From the NCBI RefSeq assembly GCF_003945235.1, contig NZ_RSDW01000001.1, forward strand, positions 5,940,001-5,972,000: DNA of 32,000 nucleotides, in the 5' to 3' direction. This document shows positions 16,657-26,237 of this stretch, one piece after another; position 1 is the stretch's first letter, and every line of letters starts with the position of its first letter. Origin of the DNA: Edaphobacter aggregans (GTDB lineage Bacteria > Acidobacteriota > Terriglobia > Terriglobales > Acidobacteriaceae). The notes under the pieces are model-generated. The model made no database searches. It was not told where the DNA came from and saw only the letters and a list, made by a program, of their open reading frames with translations. The position numbers were made by a program, and so were the translations under genes.

Positions 16657-19230
16657 CTACCGGATCCATTCAATCTGCAGATCTTCACCTTGGCCACTAT
16701 CAGGCAGTGTAAACGCCGCTACATGATGAGGAGCATCGAAGGAAGTCTGGACTGTCTGTGCACTGCCTGCAACAACAGCTTTTCCTGCGGTCGTGCTTCC
16801 GTAGACCTCTACTCGCAAACTCGTCCACCACGGAACATAACTCCCCTGATGCGGTCCGACATGCACCGTAATGCCCTTCGGCGTCTCTACGCAACTAAAC
16901 GCCATCCGGAGAAAATCTCCATTCTTATAAGCAAACGACAGCCCATCGTCCAGATAGATCGACCCTGTGCAGTTCTTGCCCGGATACACACGCAGCGTGA
17001 GCGGTCCCTTTGGTGTCTCGATCGTGCTTTGCGTAAGAGGCTGCATAGGCAAAATGGATCCTTCGCGTACAAACACGGGAAGAACATCCAGTTGTGGCTT
17101 GATCGTAATCTGTCGTCCAACAAGCCCTGATGGATTTCCGGTTGAAGAATCGGCCGTTAGCATGTTTTCGCCTATCTTTTCGCCTGTCCAATAGTTGTAC
17201 CAATCCACAGATGGAAGCCGCACGGGATACGTGTCAGGCTTTTCGGGATAGATACCGGGAGCAATCAGCATGTTCGCGCCAAACAGAAATTCGTTGGGCG
17301 CGTCCAGATCAATGGGATGCTTATCTGCGGTCGCATCGGGAAACTCTAGAAAGAGCGGTCGAACAATTGGAAGGCCCGTACGCGACATCTCTTCAGCCGT
17401 CGTATATAGATACGGCAGGAGTTTATAGCGCTCTTCGATATAGCGTCTTCGGATATCCTCTTGTTCCGCACCGTCAACCCAGACCTCTTGATTGGCCGAG
17501 GTATCACTCGCGTGATCACGGTCGATAGGCTGAAACGTTCCCAGTTCGATCCACTTGGTTAACAGTTCAGCCCCTGGGCTGCCGACGAAACCGCCCACAT
17601 CGGCACCGCTCATCCCAAACCCACTCAGACCAAGGTTCAGCAGCATTGGCGTCGTAAGCCGTAGATGGTTCCAAGTGCTGCTGTTATCGCCAGTCCATGT
17701 AGCGGCATATCGCTGCCCCCCTGCGTAGCTCGCGCGCGTCAGAACAAATGGTCGCTGATTCGGCGTAAGCGCAAGCAGTCCATCATAGGTAGCCCGCGAG
17801 TTCTCCATTCCATAAACATCGTGTATTTCGAGATGGGTCGTCGTACGTGGTCTGAAGCCGGGCTCATCAATCCGGTGCTGCACATTATCGGGCATCGTCT
17901 TGTTCGGAGTATCAAAGATGGATGGCTCGTTCATGTCATTCCAGAAACCGGCGATACCATCATGAACAAAGTCCGCATACAGAGAGCCCCACCATTTACG
18001 GGTGCTTTCCCGGGTGAAATCCGGAAACACGGATGGTCCGGGCCAAACCTTGCCAATGTAGACACTGCTGTCGGGCTTCTTCACAAAATGATCGCCCGTC
18101 ATCCCGCTGTCATACGGTGTGTAATTTGCATCCGGGAGGTGCGCGATGTGCAGATCGGTAATGGCCACTACTCTAAGATTCTGTTTCCGCAGATCCTCAA
18201 TCATCTGTGCGAAATGCGGGAATTGCACCTGATCGACGGTGAACGGTCGATAGTGATCCTGATAATCAATGTCCAGGTAGAGCGCATCCGCCGGAATCCT
18301 GTCTGCACGCAAGCGGTCTGCAATCTTTCTCACTTCGGACTCCGGATGGTAGCTGTAGCGCGACTGCTGAAATCCAAACGACCAAAGCGGTGGCAACGGC
18401 GTTGGTCCAGTCAGCCATGCATATGTAGAAAGCACATGCTTGGCATCGGGCCCATAAAGGATGTAATAGTCGAGCGGCCCGCCTTCCGAACCGAAAGAGT
18501 ATGCATCCGAATACTCTCGGCCAAAATCAAAACTGGTTCGCCACGTGTTGTCGAGCAAAACCCCTGCAGCTGTTCCCCCGCGAGACGTCAGAAAGAACGG
18601 AATGCTCTTATAGATCGGGTCAGTCGATTCCTGAAAACCGAAGCTGTCCGTATTCCAAAGGCTGTAAGAGTGATCTCTTCGATCCAGCGACCCCGGCTTG
18701 TCGCCCAATCCGAAAAAATGTTCGTCCACGGCCATCGTCTTGTAAACGCGAAAGGCCGAACCGTGAAATTCGACCGGGTGGCCAATCGCATCTTCCTGGA
18801 TCAACGTTCCTTTCAGATCGGTAATGCGTAGCCGCATTGTAGACCGATCCACCTTTATTCTCAGCGCTCCCGTGCGAAACCCTACGCTCGCACTATCTTC
18901 CTCTGCAAAGACACGCACGCTCGCCGTTCGAGCCGTCGGCAGTACCGCCCACGAGGCATCCTCCGGCAGCTGTCCCTGAATGCCTACCCTCACCCGCAAG
19001 ACATCATCACGAAGAGCAGTAACCTGCATCACGGCATTTTCGCTTCGGATTTCAACACCATTCCCGATCTGCTTGCTGCCGGTCACAGCCCTGAGCACAA
19101 TGAGCTCCGGAACTGTGGAGATCTTCGCAGCAGACGGTGCCGACGTTGCCACTTCGCAGGGAGCCTCAACACCAAAGAAGCCTGTCGCTAAAAAGACGAG
19201 AGCGAAAAAAAGAGTGTATTGCTTCTTCAT
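16657..19230 (-). CDS. Glycoside hydrolase family 31 alpha-glucosidase/alpha-xylosidase-like enzyme
   Basis: GH31 hallmark segments KVWPGPSVFPDFT, GIAGFWNDMNEPS (nucleophile region), ATWTGDNSSTWNHL and GMSGADVGGF. Signal peptide MKKQYTLFFALVFLATGFFG. The start is placed at ATG 19230 rather than the track's 19311. Confidence 0.9.
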   Translation of the reverse strand: MKKQYTLFFALVFLATGFFGVEAPCEVATSAPSAAKISTVPELIVLRAVTGSKQIGNGVEIRSENAVMQVTALRDDVLRVRVGIQGQLPEDASWAVLPTARTASVRVFAEEDSASVGFRTGALRIKVDRSTMRLRITDLKGTLIQEDAIGHPVEFHGSAFRVYKTMAVDEHFFGLGDKPGSLDRRDHSYSLWNTDSFGFQESTDPIYKSIPFFLTSRGGTAAGVLLDNTWRTSFDFGREYSDAYSFGSEGGPLDYYILYGPDAKHVLSTYAWLTGPTPLPPLWSFGFQQSRYSYHPESEVRKIADRLRADRIPADALYLDIDYQDHYRPFTVDQVQFPHFAQMIEDLRKQNLRVVAITDLHIAHLPDANYTPYDSGMTGDHFVKKPDSSVYIGKVWPGPSVFPDFTRESTRKWWGSLYADFVHDGIAGFWNDMNEPSIFDTPNKTMPDNVQHRIDEPGFRPRTTTHLEIHDVYGMENSRATYDGLLALTPNQRPFVLTRASYAGGQRYAATWTGDNSSTWNHLRLTTPMLLNLGLSGFGMSGADVGGFVGSPGAELLTKWIELGTFQPIDRDHASDTSANQEVWVDGAEQEDIRRRYIEERYKLLPYLYTTAEEMSRTGLPIVRPLFLEFPDATADKHPIDLDAPNEFLFGANMLIAPGIYPEKPDTYPVRLPSVDWYNYWTGEKIGENMLTADSSTGNPSGLVGRQITIKPQLDVLPVFVREGSILPMQPLTQSTIETPKGPLTLRVYPGKNCTGSIYLDDGLSFAYKNGDFLRMAFSCVETPKGITVHVGPHQGSYVPWWTSLRVEVYGSTTAGKAVVAGSAQTVQTSFDAPHHVAAFTLPDSGQGEDLQIEWIR

Positions 19231-19549
19231 CGGATGTTCGATTTCCTGACACGGGTAAATTGAGGCGCATGAGACTGTTGAGCGATCAAAATCGTAGCAG
19301 TCGGCCTCCAAGAAAAGCGTTTTCTAAGGCCGAGGTTTTGCCGAAGTTTTGTCTAGGAACCAACGATGAACGAGGTATTCCCCGCGAGCTCCGCTCCTAA
19401 CGGCCGGAGGTAACAAAATCGTGGTATGCCGTAGGTTACGGCGGGTATAATCAATCCGCTTTCCCGTCTTTTTGAATTGTGACTAGGTTGATATAAAGGC
19501 CCGTGGGGCTTGCGGGAGAGAAGTCGAACTTTTTGGTGAGGTAGCACTG

Positions 19550-20935
19550 GTGCAAGGGGATTTCCGTATTAACGATTGGTTGGTCCAGCCCCAGATCAAC
19601 TCTGTGGAGAGAGAGGGCAAGACCTGGCATCTCGAACCCAAGGTAATGCAGGTACTGGTTCATTTGGCCTTACACCCCAATGAGGTGCTTTCCAAAGATC
19701 GCCTACTACAAGCTGTATGGCACGACACCTTCGTGGGCGATGACGTGCTCGTGCGATGCATATCTGAAATCAGATACGTCTTCGGCGACGACCCCAAGTC
19801 TTCCCGGATAATCCAGACCATCCCCAAGGGGGGGTATCGTCTCATTGCAGCCGTTACAACAGACAGCAGTCCGGAGGCTGAACCGCAACCTGTTTCCGCT
19901 ATTCAATCTTCCGCCAGCGAGGTGCACCACCAAACGGGACATGAGCTAGTCCTTCGCTACGACTACGACCTCAGCCATCCGAAAGAGTCTCATGGCCCAA
20001 TCGCTGACGAGCCTCATTTCCGTTCACCCAATGGACTACCGCATTCGGATGAAACGAATTCAGCCCATCCATTAATAGAGACCGCCGAACCGAATCACAC
20101 TCAGGCTACCAACGCGGAGCACAATACTGGGCGCGGCCGTGGCTCATCCCGTCATCGCTCCTGGTTCATCTCCGCCAGCGTTTCTCTCGTAATCGTGTTC
20201 GCGGCGCTTGGCGGAGCGTATGCCTGGAATTCCATGCATCGTTCCGCGGTCGATTTTTTCTGGGGACCGGTCCTTAATTCGAACGATCCTGTCCTCTTCT
20301 GCATTGCCGATCAAGGGCAGTATGCTGCACTCACCCTCCGCGACGCCGCCGATCCTGCCCGTCAGGTCATCCTAAAAGACAATCTGACTGCCGTAGTCAT
20401 TGACGACTTAAACGCCGTGGTTCAAATCACCGGCATCCTCAAGTCGAACGACAAGAAATATAGCCTTAAGGGCGAAGGTTCCACCAACCTCACAGACCTG
20501 AGGGCTGGTCCCACGATCTTCGTAGGCGCCTTCGATAACGCCTGGACTCTTCGTCTAACGAAATCGCTGCGGTATCACTTCGACAACAATCCTGAGATGA
20601 CCCGATTTCGAATCGTCGACAGCAATTCTCCAGCCCACACACCGTGGGTCGTCGACCGTCTCGAACAGATGGCGACAAATAACTACCGTGACTACGCGAT
20701 CATCGCCCGCTTCATCGATAGCAATACTGGAAAGCCGGCCATTATCGTCGCCGGTGTAGGTCGAGGGGGAACGATAGCGGCCGGGGAACTTATCACGGAC
20801 CCGACTTACCTCGCCCAACTTGCCGGCGCCGCGCGAGCATCTGGAAACAAGAAGAACATGGAGATCGTTCTGAGTACGCCAATCATCGACGGCGAACCAG
20901 GATCTCCGAAAGTGGAAGCTACCTATTTCTGGTAG
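19550..20935 (+). CDS. Membrane-anchored winged-helix (OmpR/CadC/ToxR-type) transcriptional regulator
   Basis: GTG start with GGTGAGG upstream.
- N-terminal trans_reg_C-like wHTH: FRINDWLVQPQINSVEREGKTWHLEPKVMQVLVHLALHPNEVLSKDRLLQAVW...IQTIPKGGYRLIA.
- About 100 aa of low-complexity linker.
- One transmembrane helix: WFISASVSLVIVFAALGGAYAW, residues ~205-226.
- A ~235-aa extracytoplasmic domain of unknown type. Confidence 0.85.
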   Translation: MQGDFRINDWLVQPQINSVEREGKTWHLEPKVMQVLVHLALHPNEVLSKDRLLQAVWHDTFVGDDVLVRCISEIRYVFGDDPKSSRIIQTIPKGGYRLIAAVTTDSSPEAEPQPVSAIQSSASEVHHQTGHELVLRYDYDLSHPKESHGPIADEPHFRSPNGLPHSDETNSAHPLIETAEPNHTQATNAEHNTGRGRGSSRHRSWFISASVSLVIVFAALGGAYAWNSMHRSAVDFFWGPVLNSNDPVLFCIADQGQYAALTLRDAADPARQVILKDNLTAVVIDDLNAVVQITGILKSNDKKYSLKGEGSTNLTDLRAGPTIFVGAFDNAWTLRLTKSLRYHFDNNPEMTRFRIVDSNSPAHTPWVVDRLEQMATNNYRDYAIIARFIDSNTGKPAIIVAGVGRGGTIAAGELITDPTYLAQLAGAARASGNKKNMEIVLSTPIIDGEPGSPKVEATYFW

Positions 20936-21191
20936 AACTCTGCGAACACCAGCGAGAGTTTTTCGACTTTGAAGCAAGAGCCGACAAGCGGCTTGCGTGA
21001 TTTCCCTGTGTCAGAAATTTGAGGGGATATCGCGAAAATCCTCCCGAAGAAATCCCGATCATCTCCGTTAAGGCATTGAAACTAAATAATTTATTGCATC
21101 ACCGAAACCTAGGAATTCGGGTCACAAAACATCAGTAAAGAATCTGTGATTCTCCACGACATCTATGCCCCTGCAAACCTAGGGTGGTCGT

Positions 21192-21228
21192 CGCTTTCAA
21201 AAACAAACTATTCCTGAGCTTGAAAGCG
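21192..21228. promoter_or_regulatory. 9-bp inverted repeat CGCTTTCAA-N19-TTGAAAGCG upstream of TBDR2
   Basis: Read directly (21192-21200 and 21220-21228). It ends 44 nt upstream of the TBDR2 start codon. It could be a regulator binding site or a leader hairpin. Confidence 0.3.
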
Positions 21229-21272
21229 TTTCCGTTTTGGAGAGGCAAATCATTTTGAGAGAGGCACATCAG

Positions 21273-24200
21273 ATGCAATTCAATCGAGGCACAAGATCGC
21301 AATTACTTGCGACGATAGTGATGCTCGCCCTGGGCATCGCCGGGATAACCCGGTTACAAGCCCAGTCCCAGGCGTTCACTGCGACAATCAGCGGCACAGT
21401 CACAGACACCTCAGGTGGAGTTCTCCCCGGCGCAAAAATCACACTCATCAGCGCTGAGCGCGGCATCACAAGAACCTTCACAACCTCTGAGACGGGTAGT
21501 TACACCTTTACCTTGCTACCCCCCGCCGACTATGTCCTTAAGGTCGAGCAGCCCGGCTTCCAGACCTATGAGCAACGGGGAGTCTCCCTGGCCGCCGGTG
21601 TCAGCGTCCACCAGGACATTACTCTGTCAGTCGGCGCCGTCAGCCAGGAAGTTGTTGTCTCAGCCTCGGCGCCCCTTCTGAACGCCGACAACGCCAACAT
21701 CTCCGCCGACATTTCTCAAAGGCAGGTCGTCGAGCTCCCATTGAATCTTCGCAACGTCTTCGGTCTCGCCTCGCTCAACTCCTCCGTCAACAACTCGACG
21801 CAAGCCCAGATGGTTAACTCCAACGGTATCTCCGGCAGCGCCGACCAGGACATCTCCTTCCTGAACTTCGGTGGAACACACTTCGGCACCGCTGCCTATC
21901 TCCTCGATGGCACCTGGAACACCGCGCAGGACTGGGGCGGCGTTGTCTATGTTCCCTCCGTCGAAAACGTCCAGGAGTTCAAGATCCAGACCAATGCTTT
22001 CACCGCGCAATATGGCTGGAGCAGCGGTAACGTCGTCAACGTCGTCTCCAAGTCTGGCACCAACCGCCTCCATGGAGACGTGTTCGAGTTCTATCGCAAC
22101 AGCGCACTCGATGCTAACAACTACTTCAACAACCGCAATGGCTTGGCGCGCCCCAGCTTCAACCGTAACCAGTTTGGAGGCTCTGTCGGCGGCCCCGTAT
22201 ACATTCCCGGTATCTATAAGCAGACCGAAAAAACCTTTTTCTTCTTCGTCTACGAAGGTCTCCGCCAATCGACGCCCGCTACCCTCAGCGCCACAGTGCC
22301 CACTCAAGCCTTCATTGGCGGAGACTTCAGTAGTCTGCTCACCAGCACCGTCGTAGGCCATGACGCGCTAGGTCGCCCCATCTACCAGGGTGCAATCTAC
22401 GATCCATACAGCGTGCGCGCAATCACCCAGGGCCAGGTCGATCCACGAACTGGCCTGGTCGCCACGTCGACTGGATTCATCCGTGATGCTATCCCCGGCA
22501 ACAATGTCGCTGGCCGCATCGATCCGGTTGCCGCAAAGATCGCCGCCGGAAAATACTGGCCTTCACCCACCAACAGCTCGCTCTTCAACAATTTCTTTGC
22601 CACGGCCCCTGCGAGTGCACACTCCGACGAGTATTCGATTCGCGTCGACCACAACATCAGCGACCTCTCACGTATCTATGCTCGCTACTCTCACAAGGCA
22701 GAAGTAAAAACCAACTCGCCAGCCTTCTTCGGCTCCTCGAATCCGGGAGGTCCCGGAGTCACCAATCCCAATAATCGCTGGAGCTTCGATCTTGGTTACA
22801 GCCATATCTTCAGCCAGTCACTCATTCTCAGCGCTAACGCGGGCATGAACCGTTGGATCGAGCAGTCGGCGACCCAGGGAGATGGTTTCAAGCCCTCCAC
22901 TCTTGGCCTGCCCGCTGGTCTTGACCCCATCGCTAACCAGTTCCCGCAAATCAAAATCGATAGCTTCTCCGGCCTCGGGCCCGGCGCTATTAACGGCCAG
23001 GACTCCTACGCTGTCCCACGGAACTACATCACCTACTCGGCCGACCTTACCAAGAGCCTCAGCAAACACACGCTGAACTTCGGCTTCATGGGTGTCGTCA
23101 ACCAGATTCTCGGTGGCCACGTCTACGGGACGAAGTTCAACTTCATCACCTCAACCACAGCTGGGCCCGATCCTTCCAACCCAACCCAGGGAACCGGCTT
23201 CGGCTTCGCTTCTTACCTCCTGGGCGTTCCCGACAATACCGGATCGACCGGTATCAATGCTCAGCTAGCTACCCAGAAGAACTATTTCGGCGGGTATGTT
23301 CAGGACGACTGGAAGCTCGATCCTCGTCTCACCGTCAACCTTGGCCTGCGTTATGAAGTTCAGACGCCACTCACTGAGCGGCATGACAAGCAGCAGTACT
23401 TTGACTTCACTGCAATCAACCCAGTCGGAGCAGGAACTGGCATCAATACTCCCGGTCAACTGGTCTTCAACGGGGGAGGCCACACCAGAAGCCTCTACGA
23501 TACCCAAACCACAAACTTTGGACCGCGCATTGGAATCAGTTACCTCCTCAAACCGAACATGGTACTTCGCAGCGGCTATGGACTCTTCTTCATCCCAACC
23601 TTCACTGGCAATGGTCCTGCAGACGGCTACACCCAGACCACGCCGATTCGCGGTACAAACGGCGATAACTCAGTCTTCAACACACTTAGCAATCCAGTGC
23701 CTAACGGAGTTCTTCTGCCGCAGGGCAGCGCGCTCGGTTCGCAGCAAGATGTCGGACAGGGCGTACCTGCTGTAAGGCGTGCCCGTGCTTCTTCTTACCT
23801 TCAACAGTGGATGTTGGGCATTCAATATTCCTTCCACACAAACGACATGCTTGACATTACTTACGTCGGAAACCGTGGTCTCAAACTGTCTGCCGGCACC
23901 TACGAGAGAGACATGCTAAACCCACAGTATTTCTCTCTCGGACTAGCTGCACTCACCGCACAGGTTCCCAATCCTTTCAATGGAAAGATCACGGGTACAG
24001 GATGCAGTCTGCAAGGTGCAACAGTTCCACGTTGGCAGCTCCTCCGTCCCTATCCGCAATATTGCAGTGTTGCAGAACAGGAAGCCCCACTCGGCGACTC
24101 CTACTACAACGCTCTTCAGATGACCTACACCCACCGGTTCAGCCATGGCTTCTCCGTGCTGGCCTCTTACACGTTCTCGAAGTTCATCGACGACGTCGAA

Positions 24201-24860
24201 GGCAACAATGGCTGGGCAAACTCTGGCCCAACCAGCATCCGCAACTATTACAACCTCGCTGCCGAGAAGTCCGTCGATGGCGCCGACATCCCTCACAGCC
24301 TCGTAGTCAGTTACATCTATGAGCTTCCCATCGGAAAGGGTAAATCCCTCGGCTCCAACCTCAGCACACCCGTCAACGCCGTCGTTGGAGGCTGGCAGGT
24401 GTCCGGAATATCAACATTCAAGCAGGGATTCCCGCTATCCATCGCACCGGCGAATAATACTCTCGGTCAATTTGGCGGCAACCGGCGTCCCGACATCGTC
24501 GCAAATATGCACGTCGCTAATCCTACGATCGACCGATGGTTCAATGTAGGTGCCTTCCAGGACCCCAGTGATCCCTTCGATTTCGGGTCCGCGCCACGCT
24601 ACATCTCAACTCTGCGTGCTCCTGGCTACCAGAACTGGGATTTGTCTGCTCAGAAGTACTGGCACTTCGGCGAGGTTACTCGCTTGCAGTTCCGGGCGGA
24701 GTGGTTCAATGCCTTCAACCGCGCAAACTTCTATGCCCCGAATCAATTTCTGGGTAATAGAGTCACGAATACGGATGGAAGCTACGGGGGATCGTTCGGT
24801 CAAATCAGCAACGCTTTCGCAGCAAGAGACGTTCAATTTGCGGCCAAGTTTTACTGGTAA
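21273..24860 (+). CDS. TonB-dependent outer-membrane receptor with N-terminal carboxypeptidase-regulatory-like domain (TBDR2)
   Basis: - Signal peptide: MQFNRGTRSQLLATIVMLALGIAGITRLQAQS.
- CarboxypepD_reg-like domain: ISGTVTDTSGGVLPGAKITLIS...DYVLKVEQPGFQTY.
- Plug-like motifs: VVELPLNLRNVFGLASL and LNFGGTHFGTAAYLLDGTWN.
- Barrel ending in AAKFYW.
- Start placed at ATG 21273 (GAGAGG upstream) rather than 21237. Confidence 0.9.
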   Translation: MQFNRGTRSQLLATIVMLALGIAGITRLQAQSQAFTATISGTVTDTSGGVLPGAKITLISAERGITRTFTTSETGSYTFTLLPPADYVLKVEQPGFQTYEQRGVSLAAGVSVHQDITLSVGAVSQEVVVSASAPLLNADNANISADISQRQVVELPLNLRNVFGLASLNSSVNNSTQAQMVNSNGISGSADQDISFLNFGGTHFGTAAYLLDGTWNTAQDWGGVVYVPSVENVQEFKIQTNAFTAQYGWSSGNVVNVVSKSGTNRLHGDVFEFYRNSALDANNYFNNRNGLARPSFNRNQFGGSVGGPVYIPGIYKQTEKTFFFFVYEGLRQSTPATLSATVPTQAFIGGDFSSLLTSTVVGHDALGRPIYQGAIYDPYSVRAITQGQVDPRTGLVATSTGFIRDAIPGNNVAGRIDPVAAKIAAGKYWPSPTNSSLFNNFFATAPASAHSDEYSIRVDHNISDLSRIYARYSHKAEVKTNSPAFFGSSNPGGPGVTNPNNRWSFDLGYSHIFSQSLILSANAGMNRWIEQSATQGDGFKPSTLGLPAGLDPIANQFPQIKIDSFSGLGPGAINGQDSYAVPRNYITYSADLTKSLSKHTLNFGFMGVVNQILGGHVYGTKFNFITSTTAGPDPSNPTQGTGFGFASYLLGVPDNTGSTGINAQLATQKNYFGGYVQDDWKLDPRLTVNLGLRYEVQTPLTERHDKQQYFDFTAINPVGAGTGINTPGQLVFNGGGHTRSLYDTQTTNFGPRIGISYLLKPNMVLRSGYGLFFIPTFTGNGPADGYTQTTPIRGTNGDNSVFNTLSNPVPNGVLLPQGSALGSQQDVGQGVPAVRRARASSYLQQWMLGIQYSFHTNDMLDITYVGNRGLKLSAGTYERDMLNPQYFSLGLAALTAQVPNPFNGKITGTGCSLQGATVPRWQLLRPYPQYCSVAEQEAPLGDSYYNALQMTYTHRFSHGFSVLASYTFSKFIDDVEGNNGWANSGPTSIRNYYNLAAEKSVDGADIPHSLVVSYIYELPIGKGKSLGSNLSTPVNAVVGGWQVSGISTFKQGFPLSIAPANNTLGQFGGNRRPDIVANMHVANPTIDRWFNVGAFQDPSDPFDFGSAPRYISTLRAPGYQNWDLSAQKYWHFGEVTRLQFRAEWFNAFNRANFYAPNQFLGNRVTNTDGSYGGSFGQISNAFAARDVQFAAKFYW

Positions 24861-24899
24861 ACAGCCGAAGGAAACTGGATCCATAACCTAACTAACTCG

Positions 24900-24953
24900 A
24901 TTCGACAGGCTCTTGTGCGCTGACACAAACGCGCAAGGGTCTGTCGAATTTTT
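24900..24953 (+). terminator. Rho-independent terminator after TBDR2
   Basis: ATTCGACAG (24900-24908) pairs with CTGTCGAAT (24941-24949). An inner CTTG(TG)CGC / GCGCAAG helix extends the stem, and a run of five T residues (24949-24953) overlaps the last stem base and continues past it. Confidence 0.8.
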
Positions 24954-25496
24954 GCGTGGCTGCTGTTCTGAGTTGGTTGGCGGTTCACAGCGGGCTTGAT
25001 ACGGGGCGCGAAGTAGAGCCCCACTTTGAATTAGTTTGCGTGGGGAAGGGAAGTGACAAACCGTCTACGCTCCGGGCACCAACCCTCCGTTTCGATCGGC
25101 GTTGCCGGACCAGCGGCCCTGAGCTAAGCCTCCTCTTCAGTACAAAGGCAATCCAAAATGGTAGACGCCTGCTACATCGTTCGAAGGCGACGTTTGAACC
25201 CGGCACTCCTGCTCTGAGAATCTGGCCTATAGGCACAAAAAGGATGCTGGGGGGCTGATCCGAGACTGTTACGCGGATATATACGGGCAATAAGTGCGAG
25301 AGGGATGACGCCTCCGCAGGCGATCCGGCCGAAGGCGATGATCCACTTGTTACGAACCGGATCGAGGAAGAGGGTCGAGGAATGAAACTGCAAATAACGA
25401 GATTAGCAAACGCAAGCCAATCAGCAGACGATTTTCTGCTTCATTGGTATTGTGCAAATAGAAGGCATCGTATCAGCGGAAAGGGAAGATATTAAA

Positions 25497-26201
25497 GTGC
25501 CGCAACGTCTAACCTCCTCGGGAGCTTCCGTCTTCACCTTGTTACAGAACCGGCTCATAGTCTCCTGCCAGGCTGCTCAGGACGACCCTCTCGATCATAT
25601 CGACACGCTCACCAGAATGGCGGCCTCCGTCATCCGTGGTGGAGCAGGTGGCCTCAGGGCTGAAGGCGCCGAGCGCATAGCTGCCTTTCGGGCGATGACC
25701 GATCTCCCGATTATAGGAATCATTAAAGCTTACGATGCGAACGGTGACGTTTACATCACACCTGACTTCAAATCTGCACAGGCTGTCAATAACGCCGGCG
25801 CGGATCTCATCGCTCTCGATTGCACTAGTCGGCGCCTCCTTGAAGCGGAGCCATGGCCCGAACTGATCAGCCGTATTCACAGCGATCTGCGTCGCCCTGT
25901 CTGCGCGGACATCGCGACCATAGAAGACGCAATTGCAGCAGAAAGTGCCGGAGCCGATGCAGTCGCGACCACTCTTTATGGATATACCTCGGAAACTCGA
26001 GGTAATAGGACTGTCTGCTGGTCGTTGTTGGAACAACTCGTGGTCCGCCTGGAGATTCCTGTCATCCTCGAAGGACACGTAACGCATCCGCAAGAGGTGC
26101 GCAGAGCCTTAGACATGGGAGCTAACTCCGTGGTGGTTGGTTCGGCAATTACACGTCCTGAAACCATTACTTCCCGATTCGTGGAGGCAACACAGCGCTG
26201 A
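25497..26201 (+). CDS. nanE: N-acylglucosamine/N-acetylmannosamine-6-phosphate 2-epimerase (NanE family)
   Basis: Matches the NanE pattern along its length: LIVSCQA..DDPL, GGLRAEG, LPIIGIIK, VYITP, GADLIALDCT, ADIATIEDAIAAESAGADAVATTLYGYT, PVILEGHV, VVVGSAITRPETIT. The start is placed at GTG 25497 (AAGGGAAG 8 nt upstream), giving 234 aa. The track's in-frame GTG at 25452 is the alternative. Confidence 0.85.
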   Translation: MPQRLTSSGASVFTLLQNRLIVSCQAAQDDPLDHIDTLTRMAASVIRGGAGGLRAEGAERIAAFRAMTDLPIIGIIKAYDANGDVYITPDFKSAQAVNNAGADLIALDCTSRRLLEAEPWPELISRIHSDLRRPVCADIATIEDAIAAESAGADAVATTLYGYTSETRGNRTVCWSLLEQLVVRLEIPVILEGHVTHPQEVRRALDMGANSVVVGSAITRPETITSRFVEATQR

Positions 26202-26237
26202 CGAGTCAGCCCACCATGACTACTTGGTGACGCGTGC

